A DNA stretch of 64,000 nt from Rhodospirillales bacterium (GTDB lineage: Bacteria > Pseudomonadota > Alphaproteobacteria > Kiloniellales > JACOMY01): assembly GCA_014324045.1 (NCBI GenBank), contig JACOMY010000015.1, forward strand, positions 2,336 through 66,335, written 5' to 3'. Shown here piece after piece: positions 47,422-56,140 of the stretch; within the stretch, counting starts at the first letter, position 1, and every line of letters begins with the position of its first letter. Made by a program: the position numbers and the translations under genes. The notes beneath the pieces are model-generated. The model searched no databases, was not told the DNA's origin, and was given only the letters and a program-made list of their open reading frames with translations.

Positions 47422-48687
47422 ATGCTTGTCATCCGCGATAATAATGCCCTCTTCTCCTTCGTTGAAGGTCACAAGAACGCCCCCTACCTCTTGATCGACA
47501 CGGAGTTTCTGCGCGAACAGACCTACTATCCGAAACTCTGCCTCATTCAGTTGGCGGGCCCCGAGGATGCCGCCATCGTCGACGTCCTGGCGGAGGGTCT
47601 GGAGTTCGATCTGCTGCGCCCGCTGCTGGCCGACGAGGCCATCGTCAAGGTCTTCCATGCCGGCCGGCAGGACCTGGAGATCTTCCTGAACCTCTACGGC
47701 TTCGTCCCGCATCCGCTGTTCGACACGCAGGTGGCGGCTATGGTCTGCGGCCATGGCGAACAGGTGGCCTTCGACACCTTGGTCCGACGCATTGCCGGGA
47801 TATCGCTCGATAAGATGTCGCGTTTTACCGACTGGGCCCGCCGGCCCTTAAGCGAGCGGCAGCTGGACTACGCCCTGGCCGACGTCGTCCATCTACGACC
47901 GGTCTACTTGGCATTGGCTGCCAAATTGAAGACGCTTGGCCGCGAGCATTGGATCGAAAGCGATCTGGCGACACTAGGTGATCCGGGGCTCTATCGGATC
48001 GACCCCGACCGGGCCTGGGAGCGGCTCAAAGTGCGCAGCCGCGATCCCGCCTTTCTCGGTCGTCTCCAGGCGCTTGCCGCCTGGCGCGAACGCGAGGCGC
48101 AGAGTCGCGACTTGCCGCGTCAGCATCTCTTGAAGGATGAACAGCTGCAAGAGATCGCGGCAAACAATCCGGCCAACGCCGGACAACTGTCGTACGCACG
48201 CGGCATCAGTCCGCAAACCGCCAAGGGCAAGTTAGGCCAACGCATCCTGGCAGCACTGGCTGAGGCCCAGCCGCTGGCAGTCCCGCGGCCGCCGCGCCGA
48301 CCGGAGTCGGTCTCCTCAGCCAACTCGGGCGCTCGCTCGGATCTTTTGCGCGTCCTGCTGCGCATGGCCGCCGAACGTCATGGCGTCGCCGCCCGCCTGA
48401 TCGCCAGCAGCAGCGAGGTCGAGCGCCTAGCTAATTGCGAGCGCGATGGCCTCGAGGTCTTGATCGGCTGGCGCGCGGAGGTTTTCGGCAACGACGCTCT
48501 CGCCCTGCTGGACGGCCGCTTGGCGCTCTGCAGCACCAAGGACGAGGTCAAGGTGCTGCGGCAGCAGGACGATGGCAGCTGGCAAGAGCGACCGGCCGCT
48601 GGGGATCTCCGCCCTACTCGATCAGACTTGAGAGGGAGCGGCGAAGGACCACCAAGGCAGACACCCCCGGGTCGGCCAGGCTCTTGA
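47422..48687 (+). CDS. rnd: Ribonuclease D
   Basis: LLIDTEFLREQTYYPKLCLIQL, KVFHAGRQDLE, LDYALADVVHL (DEDDy exonuclease motifs), HRDC-like C-terminus. The start is uncertain (47422 preferred, 47371 possible). Confidence 0.8.
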   Translation: MLVIRDNNALFSFVEGHKNAPYLLIDTEFLREQTYYPKLCLIQLAGPEDAAIVDVLAEGLEFDLLRPLLADEAIVKVFHAGRQDLEIFLNLYGFVPHPLFDTQVAAMVCGHGEQVAFDTLVRRIAGISLDKMSRFTDWARRPLSERQLDYALADVVHLRPVYLALAAKLKTLGREHWIESDLATLGDPGLYRIDPDRAWERLKVRSRDPAFLGRLQALAAWREREAQSRDLPRQHLLKDEQLQEIAANNPANAGQLSYARGISPQTAKGKLGQRILAALAEAQPLAVPRPPRRPESVSSANSGARSDLLRVLLRMAAERHGVAARLIASSSEVERLANCERDGLEVLIGWRAEVFGNDALALLDGRLALCSTKDEVKVLRQQDDGSWQERPAAGDLRPTRSDLRGSGEGPPRQTPPGRPGS

Positions 48688-51600
48688 TCTCCTCAAGCAG
48701 GCTCTCAACCCCGGCGAAGGCAGTGGCGTTGGCCTTCAACCACACCGTCACCATGGATTCAGCCGAATCTCTGTCGTCGGCTTGAGCCCAGATGGAGGCT
48801 GTCGCCTCCGCCTGCAGATCGAGGAGGTCGGCGGTGAGCGCTTCAGTTGCACGGGCAGTCCATGGGTCGTCGGAGTGGAGGTGCTTCACCAGACTGTGCA
48901 GCGCTGCGAAGCCCACCTTCTCTTCCACAGCAAAATGCAGCTTGGCCAGGCTATCGACCGAGCGCTCCGTACGTTCCGCCAAGGGCGAGAGGTCGAGCGC
49001 GCAGGCGAGATCCGACAGCGCCGCAATCTCACCCGACAGCGCCGCCGGAACGCCCTCTGCAGTTAGTTCTCCCGCCGCAGCGGCCAGCGCCTCCGCCCGC
49101 GCATCGGGCATGGCGGCGATCATACCGGACCGAAGGCTCTCGGTCGCAGGGCGGAAGCGCGCGACACTGCCGGCCATATTGATCGGACTGGGCAGGTGGC
49201 TCAAAAGCCAGTAGGTCGTGCGCTCCAAGAGCCGCATGGTCGCCTGCAGCATGCGCAGCTGACATGCGGCCGGGACCTTGTTGTCCAAAGCCTCAATGGC
49301 CGACCAGGTCTTACGCAGACCGAAGACATCGCGGGCAACGACATAGGCGCGGGCGATATCGGCCGACTTGGCGCCGCTGCGATCGCTCATGCGCGCGACG
49401 AACAGTGAGCCTACCCGGTTCACCATGGAATTGACCACCGCAGTAGCGACGATCTCCCGCCGTAGCCGATGATCGTCGCGCGAAGGCCCGAAGCGCTCCG
49501 ATAGAACCTCGGGGAAGTAGTGCTTCAGTTCGGCTGCCAGGAGCGGATCGTCCGGTAGGCTGGATTCTACAAGCTCATCGAACAGCAGCAGCTTGCTGTA
49601 GGCTAAGATCACGTAGAGTTCGGGACGGGTCAGCCCCTGCCCCTTGGCCCGGCGCGCCCGCACCGAATCGCTGTCCGGCAGGAACTCGACAGCGCGATTG
49701 AGGCGCCCGGAGCGCTCCAGACGACGCATGAGGCGCACATGAGCGTCCAGGTCCTGGGCCGCCGTGATCTCGGCGAGCGAAATGGCTTGGCTCTGCTGGT
49801 AATTGTCGCGCAGAACCAGTCCGGCCGCCTCGTCGGTCATGTCCTCCAACAGGGCGTCACGCGCTTCGGCCTCCAGATTGCCTCGTCCGATCGCGCCGCG
49901 CAGCAGAATCTTGATGTTGACCTCGTGGTCAGAACAGTCGACGCCAGCGGAGTTGTCCAGAGCGTCGGTATTGACCTTGATGCCTGCCAGGCTGGCCTCG
50001 ATGCGTGCGCGCTGGGTCATCCCCAGGTTGGCGCCCTCGCCCACAACCTTGACCCGCAGAGCCTTGGCATCGACGCGGACGAGATCGTTGTTGCGGTCGT
50101 CCGCATCGGCATGGCTCTCGCTTGTTGCCTTCACATAGGTGCCGATCCCGCCGAACCACAGCAGATCGGCCGGTGTCTTCAAGATGGCCGAGATCAACTC
50201 GCCCGGCGAGAGCCGTTCCGCTTCGATGCCCAAGACGGCGCGCACCTCAGGGCTAGGGCGGATCACCTTGAGGCTACACGAATAGATCCCGCCGCCCTTG
50301 GACAGCAGCGACTTGTCATAGTTGTCCCAGGTCGACCGCGGCATGGTGAACAACCGCCGCCGCTCGGCAAAGGATGCCGCAGGATCGGGATCGGGATCCA
50401 GGAAGATGTGCAAATGATTGAAGACCGCAACCAACTTGATCTGCTCGGACAGCAGCATACCGTTGCCGAAGACGTCGCCCGACATATCGCCGATGCCGAC
50501 CACGGTGAAAGGCCGGCTTTGGGTATCGTGCCCAAGTTCGCGGAAGTGGCGCTTCACGCTTTCCCAGGCACCGCGGGCAGTGATGCCCATCTTCTTGTGG
50601 TCGTAACCCGCCGATCCGCCCGAAGCGAAGGCGTCGTCCAGCCAGAAACCATATTCCCGGGCGATGCCATTGGCAATGTCGGAGAAGGTGGCCGTTCCCT
50701 TGTCAGCCGCCACCACCAGATAGGGGTCGTCCCCGTCGCGCCGAACCACTGCAGATGGCGGTACCACTTCTGTATCCACGAGGTTGTCGGTGATATCCAG
50801 CAGGCCCTGCATCAACAGGCGATAGCAGGCAATGCCTTCCTGCTGAATCTCTTCGCGGCTACCGCCTTTGGGCGGCTGTTTGACGATGAACCCGCCCTTC
50901 GAGCCTACCGGGACGATCACGACGTTCTTCACCATCTGCGCCTTCATGAGGCCCAGAATCTCGGTGCGGAAGTCCTCGGGCCGATCCGACCAGCGGATGC
51001 CGCCGCGAGCCACCTTGCCGCCGCGCAAGTGGATACCCTCCATGCGCGGACTGTAGACGAAGACCTCGACTAGGGGCCGGGGTTCCGGCAAGCCCTGCAA
51101 TGTCTTGGAATCGAGCTTGAAGGAGATGTAGCTCTTCCGTATACCCGCTTCGTCGAGCTGGAAGAAATTGGTCCGCAAGGTGCTGTCGATGGCATTCCAG
51201 AAACGCCTGAGGATGCGATCTTCATCCAAACTGGCGACCCGGTCCAATCCCTCGGTCAAGGCCCGCTCGATCTCTTGAGCGCGCTCCGCAGGCTTGCCCT
51301 GGGCAGCTGGATCGAAGCGAAGATAGAAGAGCGCGGTCAGCAAGCGCGCGATTGCAGCATTGCGCACCAAGGCCTGGCAGACATAGGAGAGGCTTAACAT
51401 GCTGCGCGTCTGCAGCAGATATTTCATGTAGGCACGCAGCAAAGCCACGTCGCGGATAGCGAGTCCCCCCACCGTTACCAGAGTGTTGAGGGTGTCATCC
51501 TCCACCTGCTGTGACCAGAGGTTGCTCATCGCCTCTTCGAACAGCGGCCGCATCTCCCTGACCGGTACCGCGCCCTCGGGCGCCTCGAGCGCCAGATCGT

Positions 51601-53449
51601 GCAGCCAGATCGTACGCACGCCCTCACCCAGCATGGCCTTTACCCGATAGGGGCCGTCATCGCGCAGAACCCGAAAGCCCATGTTCTCCAACATCGGCAA
51701 CAGATCGCTCAAGGGGAGCGGTTCATCGATGCGGCCCGCACGCATATGGAAAAGATCGCTTTCCCGTTCGTAACCCAAGCGGACGGTAAGCGCTTTCCCT
51801 CCCGTCAGGCGCTCGAAGTCCTTGAAGTCGGCAACGGCGCGGCTCGGCGGGAAGCGTTCCGAGTAGGCAACGTCGATATCGCTGCAGTAGCGGCGGAACA
51901 GCCGCTGACCCTCCGCCTCGCCCAGATCGGCGATCAGAGCCTTGCGCAGGCGATCACTCCATGAGCGAGCGGCATCGGCCAGCATTACCTCCAAGGCACG
52001 GCGATCCGGAACGACCTCGCCGTTGCCGGTGCGACGAAGGATGTAGTGCAGACGCGCCAAGCGCGAATCGTCGGGCAGATAGGAGGTGGAAGAGGAGACT
52101 GTCGCCCTCAGTTGCTTGGCCAGCATGTCACCCAGGCGCCGACGCAGGGCACCGGAGTAGCCGTCCCTGGGGATGTAAACCATCGCCGTCACATAGCGAT
52201 CGAAGGGATCGCGCCGCAGGAAGAGGGTAGTCTTAGCCCGATCTTGCAGGGCCAGAATGCCCATGGCGGTGTCGTTCAATTCGTCTTCCGAGGCCTGCAG
52301 CAGCTCGTCGCGCGGATAGGTCTCCAGTATGTGCAGCAAGGCCTTGCCGTCATGGCTGCGCGGATCAAGGCCGGCACGGTCGATAACCCGCTCAACCTTA
52401 CCCTTCAGGAGTGGAACCTGCCGCGGCGAGGCATAATAAGCGGTTGAGGTCAGAAGACCGACGAAGCGCACCTCGCCCTCCAGTCGCCCATCTTCGTCGA
52501 AGGTCTTGATGATCAAGACGTCCATCGGGATGCGCCGGTGCACCCTGGAAGGGCGGTCGCTCTTGGTTATCAACAACTGGTCGTGGCTGTCGTGAAAGGC
52601 CCTGATTTCCGCCGGCACCCGATCGCCGGTCTGGGCGCTGTCGAAGAGTTTGAAGTCCGGAGAGGCCGCGAGGCCCAAACCGCTGTCTCGAACCCTATGA
52701 TAGAAGACCTCACCGTCTCTCTCCTCATAGGAGTATGCCCGGTAGCCGAGAAAGGTGAAGTGATCGGCCACCAGCCAGGTGAGGAATGAGGCGGCCTCCG
52801 CCGCGGCGCGGTCGCTCTTATCCGCAATGCCGACGCTGCGCCGGGCCAGCTCCAAGGCGACGGATTCGGCGCGCTGCAGCATCGGCCGCCAGTCGATCAC
52901 CACGCGGCGAACGTCTTCCAACACACTGGTGACCTGCGCCACCGCCTCGGTTTCGCGGTCCGGACCGGGCAGTCGGTCGATGAAGATCATCATCCAGGAT
53001 TCGCGCCGCTCGCAGCCATCCTCCTCCAAACCGATCAACTGCCCATCCCTGTCGCGGTCGACCCGCAGGATCGGATGTAACACGTAGGTTACCCCAATTC
53101 CCAACGCGGTCAGTTCCGAAGTTAGGGAGTCGACAAGAAAGGGCATGTCGTCGTTGACGACATACAAAATGGAAACTTTTTCCGTTTGGACCGGCAAGGC
53201 TGCGGGGCAGAGAACGGTCGGCTGGCGGTAGGTGCGGCTGGCGGCCGCCTGCAACAGACCGATTGCAGCCAGCGCCAACATCTCGGGACCGCGCTCCTCC
53301 ATGTCCTCGGCGGCGACGCCGGCATAGAGCTTTCCGATCAGACGCTCGACGCGCTGCTTGTCTTGTCCTTCGCTGTGCTCCGCCGCTGCAGCGACAATGG
53401 TCTGCATAAGCACAGCTTCCCTCCCGTGACCTCGATCTCGCACGGTCAA
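48614..53449 (-). CDS. gdhB: NAD-specific glutamate dehydrogenase, large (~180 kDa) Bac_GDH type
   Basis: ORF of 1611 aa. HLRGGKVARGGIRWSDR, VVAADKGTATFSD, GDMSGDVFGNGML are typical of large NAD-GDH. The start may be the internal MQTIV. Confidence 0.9.
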   Translation of the reverse strand: MTVRDRGHGREAVLMQTIVAAAAEHSEGQDKQRVERLIGKLYAGVAAEDMEERGPEMLALAAIGLLQAAASRTYRQPTVLCPAALPVQTEKVSILYVVNDDMPFLVDSLTSELTALGIGVTYVLHPILRVDRDRDGQLIGLEEDGCERRESWMMIFIDRLPGPDRETEAVAQVTSVLEDVRRVVIDWRPMLQRAESVALELARRSVGIADKSDRAAAEAASFLTWLVADHFTFLGYRAYSYEERDGEVFYHRVRDSGLGLAASPDFKLFDSAQTGDRVPAEIRAFHDSHDQLLITKSDRPSRVHRRIPMDVLIIKTFDEDGRLEGEVRFVGLLTSTAYYASPRQVPLLKGKVERVIDRAGLDPRSHDGKALLHILETYPRDELLQASEDELNDTAMGILALQDRAKTTLFLRRDPFDRYVTAMVYIPRDGYSGALRRRLGDMLAKQLRATVSSSTSYLPDDSRLARLHYILRRTGNGEVVPDRRALEVMLADAARSWSDRLRKALIADLGEAEGQRLFRRYCSDIDVAYSERFPPSRAVADFKDFERLTGGKALTVRLGYERESDLFHMRAGRIDEPLPLSDLLPMLENMGFRVLRDDGPYRVKAMLGEGVRTIWLHDLALEAPEGAVPVREMRPLFEEAMSNLWSQQVEDDTLNTLVTVGGLAIRDVALLRAYMKYLLQTRSMLSLSYVCQALVRNAAIARLLTALFYLRFDPAAQGKPAERAQEIERALTEGLDRVASLDEDRILRRFWNAIDSTLRTNFFQLDEAGIRKSYISFKLDSKTLQGLPEPRPLVEVFVYSPRMEGIHLRGGKVARGGIRWSDRPEDFRTEILGLMKAQMVKNVVIVPVGSKGGFIVKQPPKGGSREEIQQEGIACYRLLMQGLLDITDNLVDTEVVPPSAVVRRDGDDPYLVVAADKGTATFSDIANGIAREYGFWLDDAFASGGSAGYDHKKMGITARGAWESVKRHFRELGHDTQSRPFTVVGIGDMSGDVFGNGMLLSEQIKLVAVFNHLHIFLDPDPDPAASFAERRRLFTMPRSTWDNYDKSLLSKGGGIYSCSLKVIRPSPEVRAVLGIEAERLSPGELISAILKTPADLLWFGGIGTYVKATSESHADADDRNNDLVRVDAKALRVKVVGEGANLGMTQRARIEASLAGIKVNTDALDNSAGVDCSDHEVNIKILLRGAIGRGNLEAEARDALLEDMTDEAAGLVLRDNYQQSQAISLAEITAAQDLDAHVRLMRRLERSGRLNRAVEFLPDSDSVRARRAKGQGLTRPELYVILAYSKLLLFDELVESSLPDDPLLAAELKHYFPEVLSERFGPSRDDHRLRREIVATAVVNSMVNRVGSLFVARMSDRSGAKSADIARAYVVARDVFGLRKTWSAIEALDNKVPAACQLRMLQATMRLLERTTYWLLSHLPSPINMAGSVARFRPATESLRSGMIAAMPDARAEALAAAAGELTAEGVPAALSGEIAALSDLACALDLSPLAERTERSVDSLAKLHFAVEEKVGFAALHSLVKHLHSDDPWTARATEALTADLLDLQAEATASIWAQADDRDSAESMVTVWLKANATAFAGVESLLEEIKSLADPGVSALVVLRRSLSSLIE

Positions 53450-53604
53450 TCCTCCGTATGCCTGACGCGCTTCTCGTTACCGGGGCTCATTGCCGCCTCC
53501 CAATCACTACAACGCCTTGTGTGACCTCTCTGCAATCGGAAAACCTTAAATGCGCGTTGCGATGACGTCCGCGCGCGCGGCGGCAGCGTAGACAGAAGGA
53601 AACG

Positions 53605-54180
53605 ATGCGGAGAGACGATATGAAACTCAAGAGTCTGCAGCTTGCCCTCCTCCTTTTGTTCCTGCCGGCGATCGCTTGGGGCCAAGAGCGCGATCCCCTG
53701 GTACTCTTGGCCGAAGCAAAGGCCGTCTTGATCCTGCGGCATGCCCAGACGGTACCGGGCACCGGAGACCCGGCCGGCTTCGATCCCGGCGACTGCAGCA
53801 CCCAACGAAACTTGAGCGACGCTGGGCGCCAAGAAGCTCAGCGGCTGGGTGCCATGCTGCGCGACGCCGGCCTGGGCCGTGCCCGCCTTTTCTCCTCCCC
53901 CTGGTGCCGCGCGCAGGAAACGGCGCGTCTCCTAGCGCTCGGACCGGTTGAGATCTCCCCCTTGTTGGCTAGCATCTGGAACGATCGCCTGCAGTATCCC
54001 GATCGCAGCGCCGAACTGCGCCAAGCGATTGCCGACTGGTCGGAGCCAGAGCCGCTCATCTTGGTCACGCACGGCGTCAACATTTCAGCGCTTTTAGGGA
54101 AGAGCGCAGCACAAGGCAGCGGCTACATCCTCGTTCCAGAGGCCAAGGGCACCGTCGCCGCGGTTGGCCGCGTCCCTTAG
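53605..54180 (+). CDS. Histidine phosphatase family protein (SixA/PGAM-like), exported
   Basis: Signal peptide LLLLFLPAIAWG. The RHAQT catalytic RHG-type motif is followed by LSDAGRQEA..L and SSPWCRAQETA. Confidence 0.7.
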   Translation: MRRDDMKLKSLQLALLLLFLPAIAWGQERDPLVLLAEAKAVLILRHAQTVPGTGDPAGFDPGDCSTQRNLSDAGRQEAQRLGAMLRDAGLGRARLFSSPWCRAQETARLLALGPVEISPLLASIWNDRLQYPDRSAELRQAIADWSEPEPLILVTHGVNISALLGKSAAQGSGYILVPEAKGTVAAVGRVP

Positions 54181-54331
54181 TGCGCGATCGATCTTGTCGC
54201 ATATTGGATCGCAAAACAGATCGCGAGCACTGCGCAATACACTGAAAAATAATGCATTAAACTCACGCGGCTGGAGGGAAAATCGGCAGTTCTACGACAG
54301 GACTATGGCAGAGTCGTCGCGAATGCATAGA

Positions 54332-54348
54332 TATATCGAATCGATATA
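54332..54348. promoter_or_regulatory. Perfect 17-bp palindrome TATATCGA-A-TCGATATA upstream of padR (candidate operator)
   Basis: Read directly. It lies 87 bp upstream of the padR start, in an AT-rich intergenic region. Confidence 0.4.
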
Positions 54349-54434
54349 GGGCTGCACTTCCGGTCGCACGACGGCAAGCGAAAGCGGCGGCCTCGGCAGC
54401 CGACGCCCTGCCGTCTCGGGACTGCGATAGACCT

Positions 54435-55034
54435 ATGGACACAAGAACCCTTTGCCTGGTAGCGCTTCTCGGTCGCGACAGCAGCGATTACGAGATCAAG
54501 AAGCGGCTCGATGATCCGCCCTTCTGCCATTTCCAAAACACTGGCTTCGGCTCAATCTACCCAGCGCTGACGCGGTTTTATGCTGAGGGACTGATCGAGG
54601 GTAGGGAGCAGGCGCAGGAGAAGCGGCCCGACAAGCTGGTGTTCAGCCTGACGGAGACCGGCCGTACGCAGTTGCTGCAGGCCCTCATGCGCCCGCTGGC
54701 CCCCGACCGCCTGCGCTCGGCTTTCTACTTCTGCCTTTTCATGTCGGAACTGTTGCCGCGCCGCCATGTGCTGGGGCTGATCGACGACCGCATCGCGCAG
54801 CTGGACGCAAACCCGGAGCATATGGCAAGCTGCGAGGCAAAGATCCTCTCTCGCGGCCATCGCTTCCTGTTCGATCTGGGCAAGAGCCAATATAGTAACG
54901 AACATGCCTTCCTCGCCGAGAACCGGCAAAGTATGCTCGAAGAGCAGGACGTAGACTGCACCGCTCTGCCGAGCACAGGCGAGGCGGCGGAACTCAGATG
55001 GACACAGACTCCTAAGGGAGCGCAAACGCCATGA
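54435..55034 (+). CDS. PadR-family transcriptional regulator
   Basis: YEIKKRLDD...GSIYPALTRFYAEGLIEGREQ...KLVFSLTETGRTQL is a winged-helix PadR signature. Confidence 0.75.
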   Translation: MDTRTLCLVALLGRDSSDYEIKKRLDDPPFCHFQNTGFGSIYPALTRFYAEGLIEGREQAQEKRPDKLVFSLTETGRTQLLQALMRPLAPDRLRSAFYFCLFMSELLPRRHVLGLIDDRIAQLDANPEHMASCEAKILSRGHRFLFDLGKSQYSNEHAFLAENRQSMLEEQDVDCTALPSTGEAAELRWTQTPKGAQTP

Positions 55035-56140
55035 GAACATCTCTCGTCATCGCGGTCGTAATCGCGGTCGGCGTTGGCGTTTGGGTGCTGTCTGGCCAAT
55101 TGGATCCAGACGCGAGCGCACCGGAGATACAAAAGCCTTCGGCCATCATCGCCCATCTGGACGAGCTTCCCAGCGTACGCATCCGCGACGTGACGGCCGT
55201 CCCGCACGAGCGCATGATCGAACTGCGCGGCTCCACCGAACCCAGACGCGCGGTCGATCTGAAGAGCGAGACCAGCGGTACGGTCGTGGAGATCTATGTG
55301 CCGGAGAGCACCTTGGTCCAGCTCGACGATCCGCTGCTGCGCCTCGACGAGGCAGAGCGCGGCGCCCAATTGCGTCAAGCCAAGGCGCTGCTGCGCCAGC
55401 GCCAGATTGAGTACGAGGCCTCGCGCAAGCTGGCCACCAAGGGCTATCGCTCGGAGACCGAGCGTGCCGCGGCGGCGGCCGCATTGGAAGCGGCCCAGGC
55501 CGCAGTGGAAGCAGCGGAGATTGAATTCTCCCACGTGCTGGTCCAGGCCCCTTTCGCAGGCTTCCTGGAGCGGCATCTGATGGAGGTCGGCGACTACACC
55601 GACAGCGGCGAGGCCCTAGCCCGGCTCGTGGAGATGAACCCACTGCGCATCGTCGCTTATGCCGACGAGAAGCAGATCCTGGATCTGAGTCTCGGTATGC
55701 AAGGTCAGGCACGGCTGAGCGACGGGCGTATGCTGTTCGGGCAGATGGCCTTCGTGGCCCAAGAGGCAGAGCCAACCACACGGACCTTCCGAATCGAGTT
55801 GGAGGTGCCCAATCGGGATTTCAGCGTGCCGGCCGGCATCGCCGCCGACATCGTTGTGCCGCTGTCCAGCACCCCGGCCCACAAGGTCTCTCCTGCACTT
55901 CTCTCCCTGGACGACGCCGGCAGATTGGGCGTCAAGATCCTCGACCAGAACAATCGTGTCCGCTTCGTGCCGGTGCAGATCCTCGACGCCGAGCAGGACG
56001 GCATCTGGCTGACCGGCCTTCCTTACAAAACCCGCGTCATCACGGTCGGACAGGAGTTCGTCGGCGACGGCGAAGAGGTCCGGCCGATCGTGGAACGCGA
56101 CGCGGCGGACACTGCGCAGCCGGATCAAGAGGCATCATGA
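55031..56140 (+). CDS. Efflux RND transporter periplasmic adaptor subunit (MFP/HlyD family)
   Basis: N-terminal TM helix, coiled-coil (AQLRQAKALLRQRQIEYEASRKL...AALEAAQAAVEAAEIEF), and a beta-barrel region. ATGA overlaps with both neighbours. Confidence 0.85.
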   Translation: MRTSLVIAVVIAVGVGVWVLSGQLDPDASAPEIQKPSAIIAHLDELPSVRIRDVTAVPHERMIELRGSTEPRRAVDLKSETSGTVVEIYVPESTLVQLDDPLLRLDEAERGAQLRQAKALLRQRQIEYEASRKLATKGYRSETERAAAAAALEAAQAAVEAAEIEFSHVLVQAPFAGFLERHLMEVGDYTDSGEALARLVEMNPLRIVAYADEKQILDLSLGMQGQARLSDGRMLFGQMAFVAQEAEPTTRTFRIELEVPNRDFSVPAGIAADIVVPLSSTPAHKVSPALLSLDDAGRLGVKILDQNNRVRFVPVQILDAEQDGIWLTGLPYKTRVITVGQEFVGDGEEVRPIVERDAADTAQPDQEAS

